DNA of 60,218 bases, filler included, from Sphacelaria rigidula (lineage: Eukaryota), in assembly GCA_964200075.2 (NCBI GenBank). It is 9 parts of 9 records of this genome, joined end to end, with 100 filler letters (N's around TTAATTAATTAA, not from the genome) between each part and the next. Parts side by side here need not be neighbours in the genome. Positions count along the whole stretch, not along the records: positions 33,514 to 40,115 come from CAXNAA020019124.1; positions 40,216 to 46,816 come from CAXNAA020019125.1; positions 46,917 to 53,517 come from CAXNAA020019126.1; 6 more parts are not named here. One strand, written 5' to 3'. Below the pieces are notes generated by a model. That model was not told the DNA's origin, did not search any database, and was given only the letters and a program-made list of their open reading frames with translations. This document shows positions 38,872 through 49,656 of the stretch, piece by piece (position 1 is the stretch's first letter; the number at the start of each line of letters is the position of its first letter). The translations under genes and the position numbers were made by a program.

Positions 38872-39076
38872 TAATCTAGACCGCGAGGTTAGTCTTCGGT
38901 TGAACCGGCGTCAATTACAACTGAAAAAAAGTATGCATGATCCAGAAAGACTAATCTCGCGGTCTAAGGGTTAACCCTTGGACGACGAGAGTAGGTCATC
39001 TGTTGAATCGGCATCAAGTTCGCTTGAGAGAGGTATGCGTGGTCCAGACGGACTACCCTCGCGGTTCAAGGGTTAA
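38872..39076. mobile_element. Two tandem piggyBac-like MITEs sharing a central TTAA
   Basis: ...CTCGCGGTCTAAGGG-TTAA(38971-38974)-CCCTTGGACGACGAG...CTCGCGGTTCAAGGG-TTAA. Confidence 0.8.
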
Positions 39077-40381
39077 GGATGCATGAGATGATGCACGTGC
39101 TCTCAATCGGAGATGCCCGGACATGTGCATCCTCGCTGGTGGACATCAACGGGGACGCGCATGGTACAGGGTACGAAAGTTACCCTATAAGGGGGGGGAT
39201 CTCACTGCTTTGGTGTGCTAGGTCGTCGGCCCAGCACAACCGTACTACGCTGGGACCCTGCACTATTTTGTATAATGCAGCTTATCTATACAGTACAGTA
39301 CCAAGCGTTCGTCTAGCGGATGAATCGGAATTGTGACAGCGGTGGAGCGGTTCTGACCACAGTTCACGCTTTGAAGAGGCTGACGGGTGTGGGGCTAGCA
39401 ATGTACCGTACGTGACGGTGTATAACACCCTCTCATTGATGAAAGGTTCTGGTTTCATCTTTTGTTTTCGGGAATGTACGAGGTGCAGGCCTGTACTGCC
39501 AAAATCAGTTCGTTCATCAACAAGTCTCGGAAAGAAAAAAAATGATATCGATCGTGACACATCGCTGCATACCTATCCGGTCTTACGCCAAAAAAAAAAA
39601 GTGAACAAAATCGGAACAGAATCCGACATATTTTCGCCCTAATACGCTCGAACACACCGCGCAACCCCAGATTCAGCGAGATGGGGTTGTTGTCTGTAGT
39701 CTAGATGACATGTGGTCGAAGTTTCAGCACGTAAAAGCACTAGCAGCGCTTGCACGGCCGTGTCTCCTGAAGTGAGCACCTCTACAGGCAATACCAAGAT
39801 AGCTACCGCGTAGAATGACATCATCCAGAGGTATGCAATACGGATCGATGTGGTCGTTTACCGGGGCAGGAGCCACCCGTCAGGAAATGAGCATATCTGC
39901 GTGTCAACATATGCATCCTCTGATGTCTCACGCAGTCTGGGTCGAGGGGACTGCGTTCTGAGGGCGTATCGATGGCTTTCCCCAAAATCCGTATTTTGCT
40001 TCGTTTAACTACCGCACCACGTAAAACGTGCCGCCGCTCCGGGACTATGCTGTCTGTGTTGTGGTCTACCTCTGTGCCAAGTTTCAGGCTGGTTCAAACA
40101 GACGAGGCGGAGAAANNNNNNNNNNNNNNNNNNNNNNNNNNNNNNNNNNNNNNNNNNNNTTAATTAATTAANNNNNNNNNNNNNNNNNNNNNNNNNNNNN
40201 NNNNNNNNNNNNNNNTTCCGATCCAAGAAACCCAGCCTCAGGCCGATTTTTCAGTTTCTTACTAGCGGGCCGGTACTGTACCCCACGATATGGGAAAGGG
40301 CCGTTGTGTTGGGAGATGGCCGGAATCATTTCATGGATATTTACGTTTCTCCTGTCGGCAGTGTCCAGTACAATACCCCAC

Positions 40382-40512
40382 CTGCGAGTGACCATGAGGG
40401 TGATGATGAGCAGCGGGCAAGAATCCGGGCCAGCCGGATGGATGACCAGTACCCGCGCCAAAGCCGCCGGCCCCATATGGCGGCCCTCCAGCGATGTGAT
40501 GCATCATGCCCG
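40382..40512 (-). CDS. SANT/Myb-domain protein, exon E (Gly/His-rich)
   Basis: cag|(A)GMMHHIAGGPPYGAGGFGAGTGHPSGWPGFLPAAHHHPHGHSQ|gtggg; phase matches exon D. Confidence 0.7.
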
Positions 40513-41614
40513 CTGCGAAGATGCAAGAATATATATATATATATATATATATTGGCCGTTCGTTCCACGAAAAGCATAACAAAAATAAAACAAAAGGAGA
40601 GGAAGAAGAATGAAAAGAAGGCACGCACAGTTAGTACCAAACAGTTGAGCAAAAGAAGAAAAATAGACCTGTTCGCTATGAAAATGCTTTTTTTTTTTGC
40701 CGTTCATTCCACGGAAAAACTTGAAAAAGAAGACAGAAAAAGAAACAAGACACGCACACAGAGTCAACAACAAAAAGTTGAGCAAAAAACAAAACAAAAC
40801 ATGTTGACGTTATAAAAAGAAAAGAGGAAAAAAAGAGAAATAAATCAACCATGACTATTTCAAATCAAAATTTGAAATCTGTAGTACCCGTTAGTGTATC
40901 AGGTGCCGAAAGAGAAAGTCAGGATACTGTTAGCTATAAAGTATATATAGAATATTTCGAACTCACGAGCGTGAGGCATACTTTGTAACGAGGCGCCCAC
41001 GATATTCAATGCTGATTCTAGTGTGCAAGTTCCTCCGCACTCGCCCCGGGAGATGACTGTTTGGGCCAATGTCAAAGCTAGGGGTCCGGTTAGCGGATTC
41101 GTACTTTACTTTGTGCGGGGGTACACATGCGTTCGTGATCGTTCGAACGGACGCGCGATCGCGGTGGTCCTGCAATGTTTCCGGCAGGCATAAACATTTC
41201 GAGAGAGGATTTATTCTCACGAGGGGTTGGCAAGGCAAGAATATCGAGAGCCTCGAAAAAGACGGACGGGACCGGGGCGCAGCCCCGGGTCCCGTGCGGC
41301 TTGTAAGTCCATAATTTGTTTGGATAAACTGAGAAGCGGGGACGACAGCCTCGAGCGTCACATATTCGAGGGTATGAAGAGGGTTCCCGAAATCGAGTCA
41401 CGAAATAGCGTGTGCGACGTTGTGGATCACACACAGCGCGTGATGAAGTTGGTAACATTTTGACAAAAAATTCTTTAACAATAACAGTATGGCTGTGTGG
41501 CAAAAAATAGGAAGACTCAAAAAGTGTGAACAGTTACCCATACATGGCTACAAGGCCGCAATGTTTGACCCTTTCCCTTTCCCCCGCACACGGCACATAC
41601 CCATTCCGGTGTTC

Positions 41615-41955
41615 ATTTTGTCATTCTCTACAACCATGTATCCGCGCCCAGCTCATTCTCTACAACCACTCCTACGTAATCTCGCCGTTGTCTGGAACCA
41701 CTCCTGCATCCACCTTGTCATTCTCTGAAACCATTCCTGCGTATATCTTGTCATCCTCTACAACCACTACTACTTCTTCTCTACATTCTCTGGGACCGTT
41801 CCTACTTCATCTCGTCATTCTCTACAACCATTCCTGCATCCACCTCGTCATTCTCTGCAACCAGCGCTGCATATCGCCATTATCTACAACCACTGGTACT
41901 TTTATCTCGTCATCCTCTGAACACATCCTAGCATATATCCCGTCATTCTCCACCT
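41615..41955 (+). repeat. Degenerate minisatellite (~35-40 bp unit GTCATTCTCTACAACCA...)
   Basis: TCATTCTCTACAACCA-like motif repeated about nine times. Confidence 0.8.
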
Positions 41956-42010
41956 CTGTCTGTCTCTGCCTCTCACATACAAAAACGCCGTCATCTCTCT
42001 CGTGTCTCAC

Positions 42011-42077
42011 CTACGTGCGGGTACGCCAACCCCATGCTGTGCAGCGCCTCCGGAGACAGCCGCCGCCCGTCGACACG
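42011..42077 (-). CDS. SANT/Myb-domain protein, exon D
   Basis: cag|RVDGRRLSPEALHSMGLAYPHV+G|gtgag; 67 nt, bridging phase 0 to phase 1. Confidence 0.7.
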
Positions 42078-42808
42078 CTGGAGGGGAAAATCCAGAGAAA
42101 AGCGCGCCGAGTCAGGGGATAGGGTGTAGAATGGGGGGATTGAAAACCTTCAGCACAGGGAGTAAGTAATAGGACGCTTCTGCCTTCTTAAGGGGATGCA
42201 TGGTATTAACGTGATACTCGTCCCCCGCGCGTGCTTGGTGACTGCGCGCTTGGTCCGGCGAAAACCGGGTGTGCTCCGTCCCGGCTTTGTAGGGATGCGA
42301 GGTCGACGCGTCTTATGACTGCGGCATGCACGTCCCCGCCCCCCCCCGGTCAAATGACTAAGGCAAGCAACAAATGAGTACGCCCCCCCCCCCCCGGTAC
42401 AGGATGAGGGACAGGCACAGTACGAAAGTAGTCAAACGAACCAGAATTGAAATGATAGTCTGGTGGGTGTATCAGGCTGGAGAGGTCAGGGTAGACTTCG
42501 TCCGAGCAGTTGGCGTGTCTCCGTTTTTTTCCGGGTGTTTTTTTTGCCGCATTCTGAAATCCCTCCCCTTACACGGGGACGAGTCCGTGGTCTGAAGAGA
42601 TCTACCCATGACCAAACTGCCAAGAGGTTTCGATGATACCAAGTGATGTTACCACCTGAGCCACAGGGGCGACCGACCGACGATTCCGTAGTGCACCGTA
42701 TTGTTTGTAATGGATCTGGCATTGTTAAAAAAATCCGCGGACATCAACTCACACGCTTTTCCGAACCACTCCCCCCTCTCCTACCAAGATTTGAAAAAAA
42801 AAACTTAC

Positions 42809-43124
42809 TCCTTCCTGTGCTCGTGACATGTGCAAATGCAGCAAAGCAGCATTTTCCACATCTCGCTGTTGTTGTTGTTGTTGCTGCTGCTGCTGTTGCT
42901 GCTGTTCCGCGACAGCAGCGGCGGCCGCCGCGACCTGGTGCTGTGCCGCGCGCTGCACCGCCTCTTGCGACCCGGACAACGATGGAGGGGCATGTTGCGC
43001 GATGGCATGTTGAGCGGCGGCAGCGGCGGCGGCGGCAGCGGTGGCCGTCACCTCCGATACTTGCTGGTCACGCCTGTCGCGATCGCTCTTTCGACGCTGC
43101 ACGGCATCTTCCTCCAATAGATTC
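42809..43124 (-). CDS. SANT/Myb-domain protein, exon C (polyAla, polyGln)
   Basis: cag|(K)NLLEEDAVQRRKSDRDRRDQQ...AAAAAAA...QQQQQQQQQQQQQ...RAQEG|gtaagt; 316 nt, phase 2 to 0. Confidence 0.75.
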
Positions 43125-44005
43125 CTGTTTTTGGTGTTGGAGAGTGGGGTGCCGTGCATTTGGCGGTGAGGAGGGAAGTAGAAGGAGATGACAATACTAC
43201 AGCACTAAAAAAAATCATCATTTCTGCCCGGTCCGGTCTGGTCCGTTTGTTGCTAGGCCTTCCTGTATTTTGTCTCTTTTACCCGGCTGCTACGCTACGT
43301 AGCCACGTGTCTCGGGGAAGTTGATGAGAATACCAAGTCATAATCCACGGTAAACGTAGCGTTGACGCTGTGCTTCATACTCTCATCCTTGGTATATACT
43401 ACGTCAACTAATGAATAATGACGCCTGAGTGTGCTTTTTTGAGCAAGACATTTTTGGCCATAAACAGCATTAATCACTATGTGTGTGTAGAGGGGGCGGG
43501 GGGCACGCGCCGTTCTCAGTTTTTTCGCTCATTCGCGCTTGGTGCACAAAACAACGTCAATCGTGCACAAGAAATGTGTACTCGCGTAAGGTATGCCATC
43601 ATCCATTTTCTAGTTACGACAGCAATATACACGGCCGCCACAACTCCGGTGACCCGATTGGCTAAACTCGAAAACAGTGGGGAGGAAGACTACGCGTTTC
43701 GATTCCCGACAGGCGTAGTTCGAGCTTCCTTCCGAGAGGTATCTGATGTTCCGATTTACTTCGTTGAAAACGAAACGACGCGGAAAGCCAAACGAATTTT
43801 ACTCGAGAAACAGTCGACGCCGAGTCCGAGTGCTGCTGATCCAATCGGCGACACTGCACCAAGATGCAAGGGGTATGTGCCGGGCAAAAGGTGGAATGGT
43901 CCCTTGGGACCGCGGGCCTGTCCCGAGGGAGGGGAGAGATGGAAATCTTCATGAAAAAAAAAAAAAAACTATCTTGTCCTCCTATTTTGTACCCTGCCTT
44001 CTCAC

Positions 44006-44085
44006 TTGTTCTTAGCGTTGAGGAAGAACGCCTTGATTTGTCCGGGGGTCTTCGTTTCAATTAGCTCGGCGTAATTGTCCCAATC
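44006..44085 (-). CDS. SANT/Myb-domain protein, exon B (helices 2-3)
   Basis: cag|DWDNYAELIETKTPGQIKAFFLNAKN+AA|gtgag; W-x-x-x-A...TKT-x-x-Q-x-K-x-F pattern. Confidence 0.8.
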
Positions 44086-44344
44086 CTGCACAACGACAAA
44101 AAAATAAATTATAAAAGATTTCGAGACGAAGGGGGGAAAAAAAGAGAGGATAAAAAAGGGACAAGGTGGGAAAGGGGAAAAAAAAAAAAAAGAGGTTTAG
44201 AAATGAGGAACAAACATAATGTATTACAGAGAAGGAGAAAAAAAAGTAAGAAAGAATGAAGACAAAAGAGAGAAAAAAAGAAAAAAAATGAAGAACGAAG
44301 AACGCAAATCGAAATAAAAACCAATAAAACAGTTGTGTACATAC

Positions 44345-44470
44345 CTCGTTTCCCGGACGAGCATCGTACACAGCGAAAAAGCTTTCACTCTCTTCCTCTG
44401 TCCACTTGCTAGATGCTCGCGGCGTCCCCAACCCTGGCTGAGAAATGCCTCCACTTACTGCGAGGGATCC
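44345..44470 (-). CDS. SANT/Myb-domain protein, exon A (helix 1)
   Basis: cag|GSLAVSGGISQPGLGTPRASSKWTEEESESFFAVYDARPGNE|gtatg; WTEEE motif; in frame with exon B. Confidence 0.8.
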
Positions 44471-45304
44471 CTGACGGACAAACGACATTGAAACGGTGGA
44501 GTGAGGTTGCGTGTCAAGTGTTGAGTCAAACCTTTGCATGTGCCCCTGTCAAGGGGACATTCATGTTTCCTCTTTCAGCCGGGAGAATAGTGGCGGTACG
44601 ATGGGGGTGGGGGTGTACTCATGATCACCACGCCGGACACGGCGGTGAGACCCCGGTGTGCTCCGCCCCGGCTCTGTAGGGATGCGAGGTCAATGGTTCA
44701 CCACGCCGAGCACAATGGGTCTGACAAAGACTGCATTATTGGCGAAAGCATTCCACGACAAAGACAAAGAACAACATAGAGATCAACCATACATAAGAGT
44801 GTACCTGCATAAACGATATCAGACAATACTCAGTGCGCACCGCAGACATGCTCAGTCACGTACGAACTGGTTTTCAGTCTAACGGTACGGAGAACACACG
44901 CCGCATCACTTCCAAGGCGTTGCAAACTCTCTGTGAGATGTTATCCATGCAAATACCATGCAAAAGGAAAGTCCTCCGAACATGAAGCGCCGGGCTCGCT
45001 TTTGGCAGGAATCACACTCGTCGGACGAGCACCGTAAATGGAAACACGGGAAACATATAAAATTTTGAGGCGACCTGACGAACTGTACGTAAACAATGGT
45101 TGATGCAATGGAGATGCCGCCAATTCTAACGCCAACCCTAGCTGTAACCCTGACCAAGGCATACCGAGAACCCTCGGGCAAGGGGGGTGCAGAGTGTTCC
45201 CTCCGCAAAGGGTGCGTTGCCATAGCTCAAATCGACGCCTTTAAGCCGATTTTGGACGAAAACACGTTCTGGACGAGCTGGGTCTACTACTCACCATTGC
45301 TCAC

Positions 45305-45344
45305 CTGCCCCAGACCATGAATTTTCTCAAGAACTTTGTTCAGT
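45305..45344 (-). CDS. Candidate upstream micro-exon of the SANT gene (LNKVLEKIHGLGQ)
   Basis: ttcag|...|gtgag with phase-0 exit compatible with exon A, but it lies between short inverted repeats, so it may be chance. Confidence 0.4.
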
Positions 45345-45989
45345 CTGAAATCAAGTGAAATCGAGTACCAACCATTGTTTACGTACAGTTTGTAAGGTCT
45401 ACTGCAATTTTTAGTATAGTTGACCACTTGGTCAGGAGGAACTTTTCCCGGAAAGTTGTTACTCGATCTGAATGTGAACACCGATATTCGGACCTTTACT
45501 GGGGCTAAGAATCTCAAGCGCTCCTGGCGTGCGCAGAACGCGGTTTTGTTTTCTTGAGGTCTACCAACGTCATGCTTTGCCCGAGGAACACGTCGCACCT
45601 TCCTCGCCCTAGGGTTCTGGGTATGGCTCAGGTTGGGGTCGGGGTTAGGGTAGAGGGTTAAAAGGTTAGGGCCAATTCATGACGACATACTTTCGAGAAA
45701 TTTCTTGTCCGATCAAGTGGTGTTTTATTCCCAACATCCAATCGCATGGTTGAACTGGACAAACCAAACAGACAACGCATACATCCATGTATATATATAT
45801 ATACTATCAACACATCAAATGGTTTCTACAGATCCAGGTTTGAACGGAGAAAATCGTGATTCGACTCATATCCAACATTGGGACGAACCCATCATACGAT
45901 TCATACACAAGTTGTGATCTGTACATGTTTTGGGGGTTCGTGATTCGTACGACACCGCTTTGAGTATACAGATGCCCAGTTCGAATCGA

Positions 45990-46265
45990 TTCGTGCGGTA
46001 CAATTTGATTCATGTTTCCCGAGTTCCGTTCATTCAGCATGAACCATACGTACATGTTGCTCACCTTCCATTCATACTAGGTAAATCAAACGTTCATGGA
46101 GCATGAATCATACGTACATGTTCCCTACCTTCCATTCATACAAGATAGATCAAGAATATATGTACCCCACTTTTCATTTTTGCAGCGCGAATCATGCGTA
46201 CATCTTCTTCACCTTCTTTTCGTATGATATAAATCACGTGAACATGTTTCCCACCTGTCATTTCA
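45990..46265 (+). repeat. Degenerate minisatellite (~39-40 bp unit ATCATACGTACATGTTCCCTACCTTCCATTCAT)
   Basis: CATGTT...CACCTTCCATTCAT-like motif repeated about six times. Confidence 0.75.
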
Positions 46266-46388
46266 TGGGGCGCAACTCCTCGGCGGCACAGCCCCTTTGC
46301 AGGTGGGTTAGGCAAATAAGAGCGTACAGGTCGCGAACCCCTCAAGAACCAAATCCGCAATAAACGAGCTATTTTCAAATTTTAATAC

Positions 46389-46816
46389 TCGCCCCGGTGG
46401 CTCAGTTGGTAACCTCGTAACCTTCTGACGGTTGAGTAGTGGGGTTCGATTCCCGGAGCGATCTGGGGTATTTTCCCACACCATGCCCAACAGTCGAGAG
46501 CGAACATGTCGTGGGTACACAAAATTCGACTTGACGATCGTCATCTTTTGGCATTTTGTGTTTTTTTTCGTGAAAGACGATTTTCTTGGGCTCTTTTCGC
46601 TTGCCACCCCTCATCACATCGGGAATCTGGAGATATTTGTATCCGCTCCACATTCCAAGAAGAAAACAACATCTGTACTCATCATTGAGTGAGTTGCGGG
46701 CTGACCGATCATCGGGGGACCTGCCACGTTTACAGCCCAGATTCTACGATGGAAAGGGACTGCTGAACCCCTCCCGCGATAAAAAATGAAGGCAAGCACC
46801 GCAGAAGGAAGGTGGG
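46389..46816 (+). mobile_element. tRNA-derived SINE interrupted by a ~200-bp insertion and cut by the contig end
   Basis: Head 46389-46461 with GGTGGCTCAGTTGGT and GGTTCGATTCCC; body breaks at ~46540 and resumes at ~46750 (GGAAAGGGACTGCTGAACCCCTC). Confidence 0.85.
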
Positions 46817-47348
46817 NNNNNNNNNNNNNNNNNNNNNNNNNNNNNNNNNNNNNNNNNNNNTTAATTAATTAANNNNNNNNNNNNNNNNNNNNNNNNNNNN
46901 NNNNNNNNNNNNNNNNACGAATACAGCCGTGGGAAGTCAAAGCTTCAAGATGTGGGCGACCGCCGCCTTTTCGAAAAAAGAAAAGATTTTGCCTCCCAAA
47001 ACCATGCACTTTTTTGGGGGGGGCTTTCGTAGAAAATGTCATGTACGTGAAGTTCGAGTGAGACTTGATGCCTAGAATTACTACAGTGAGTGTTGTCCAG
47101 AATTCCTTCCGCTCCAAAGTGCCTCGGAGCACGTCAGCCGTCGACCAAAAAATAGTGGCCACTCAGATTTGAGAAGTTTTTTGGGGACAACCAAAAACCG
47201 CGTGTCAGTCTACATCATGTGTACAGCATCAAGTATCCTACAATGATATGTCATGTGTGCCTTACCTCGAGGTTTTCGGGTCGTGGGGTCGGCCTTGACC
47301 GCGCGGTTCACGGCTTCGGGCGGGTGACGGCTATGCTGCATTTTGTTT

Positions 47349-47553
47349 TGACAGGGTGTATCGTGTACAGTATATACGCGTGAAACAATCAGGTCCATTC
47401 GTAACTACGCACACGTGCTCTTCACGTGCAGCTTGAGGAAAGCGTAGACTTACGGTGTGAACCACTCTTGTCGAGGAAAGTCACACCTCCGCACACTGCT
47501 CACTTGGATGAAACGTAAGTCCACGCGTAAATTCAAGCGTTCACGCCCTGTCA
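47349..47553 (-). repeat. 3' LTR (205 bp) of the copia-type element
   Basis: 8-bp terminal inverted repeat TGACAGGG...CCCTGTCA; directly preceded on the minus strand by polypurine tract GAGGGGGAG (47554-47562). Confidence 0.75.
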
Positions 47554-49656
47554 CTCCCCCTCGAGCACTAAACTCGTCATGTAATGTGTACTCCAGCAAT
47601 TTCTTCAGCTCCAAGTTGAACGCTAGTCGAATACATCAAGTGACGCAGTTCATCGTTCCTCATTTCAAGCGTATCACCTTCCCCACCCTGAAGATCAAAT
47701 CCCTCGCTTTGTACAGGACTTAGTCTAGGACTAAATTTGTATAGGAGTTAGTATACCCCCTTGGAGCACCGAATTTTAAAAAAATGGACAGTGGGCCTGG
47801 GGCATTTTTTCAGTATACCCTTGGAATGATTCGAAGGTAGGGGTGCACCTTTCAGTCCAAAAGTGTGCTGAGGCTGTACACCAAGCCTCAGATGTTTGTC
47901 GTCGAGAGGCTCCCACAGTGCAGAGCCCCAGGAAAAAAAATGTTCACCCCTACAATAGAACAACTCTAGCGGCAAAAAAGACCGCGGAGCGAAGGAGAAA
48001 CATCATGACGCAATTATAAACGAGTCAGGCTGGGGTAGAGGTTGCAGATTAGGAGCCAGATCTTTCTCATTCAGAGGCTGCCGACCTTGGCAGCTACACG
48101 ACAATCACTGTGGGTCAGGACATTTCCGTTTCTAGATTCTTTCGGGATACTCTTATCACAAAAGTATTCCCCAAAATCCAGGTTCACTAAATTAAATCAA
48201 CCAAAAAAAATCCGTCATGTGCCATGATCCATCAAAAGGATCATGTTATCGAATCTACTGACCCCCTGACTGCTTTCGTGACCATAGCACTTAGTTGGAA
48301 ACACTCGGATTCATGTCGAAAACCACACTCGAACGAAGGAAATAACTCAAACGACGTTGACATCTCGGGTGATATACTGAAAACCGAGGCTGATACAATC
48401 AATCTCGAATCGAACTGCGGTAACACATGGAACATAGTACAAAAGTGTCGTACCGAGATCTCCACGTAAAATCAAAGTCACGAGCTTGGATGTTCACGCG
48501 GTTTTGATGCGTGCAAACTATTCATACGCAAAAATCATCCGCGACAAATCCCAAAGCGCCTAGTGAAATATTCCAATCATCAACTATTGCAAGTCTGATA
48601 CCTATCATTCAAATCACTGCAGCCAGAGGGCGCCTTCATTCAAAACCGAATGATCCAAATCCTTTTTCAGAATCAAAATAACGCAAAGCATGAATATACT
48701 AGCAAGCTGGAGCCGTCAATGAATAAACACTTGAAATCGCTACATTTGGAGTATACTATCCTCCAAAATCCATCTCCCGTCTTTGCATTCCTCCATGCCC
48801 ACGCGCCCCCCTGCTCCATTCCAACGGCACTGACGACGCCGCACGCGAAAAGGTGTTGCCGACTGTATCGGTGGTAGCGGCAGTGGTGTTGTCGGCGGCG
48901 ATACCAACGAATTCGTCATACTGTGATGAAGCGGGGTTGCCGATGGTTGTTGCGGTGATAACGGCGACGATGCCATTGAGGTCGGCATCAGTTGCGTCGG
49001 ACTCGGGGTTGTCGGCGATTGCTGCGGTGATGCAGTGGGAAATTATAATAGCGTCAGCGCAGCAGAAGTAGGAACATATGGCTGTCGCGGCGCGGCGACG
49101 GGTGGAAATGATGGTAGCAGCGGCGCAGCAGTAGTGGAAACATGTGGGTGTTGTGGCGCAGCACCGAATAGAAATGGTGGTGACGGCGGCGCAGCAGTAT
49201 CAAGAAGATGTGGGTGCATCGCATCACGTGTTGGCGACGGGGGCGTTGGTAGCGACCCGGGTTTCACCGCGTGACTCAGCGGCTGCGGAGATGCCGGCGG
49301 GTCGGCGTCGGTACTAGCTTCATTACCCCCCCTTCCGGCGAGTGGCACCGATGGTGGTGGCGGAAGCTTCATACGCGGAACAGGTCGCACAAAAGGTACA
49401 CCGCTTGACGGGGACGCGGACTGGATACCAACACCTGAAGGGTCAGGCATAACGCTTGTAGCGGAAGCGGGCTGGACAGAGACATCGAGGGGGGAAGACA
49501 CAACGCCTTCGGCGCAAATATGGCGCGAGCCAACACTGGGGGGACAGTATGAAATATTTCGTTCCTCACTCGGGGGCTCCACACAAACATACACTCCTCT
49601 TGTATGTAAACGAGACGCTACAGTAGCCGTAGACGCATCATGCGCCAGTGAAGATT

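Noticed and set aside
41526..42122. 198-aa repetitive ORF
   Set aside because: Translation of the minisatellite, antisense to the SANT gene intron
46389..46461. Functional tRNA-Gln gene
   Set aside because: Poor D-arm, and it runs directly into a SINE body shared by many diverged copies
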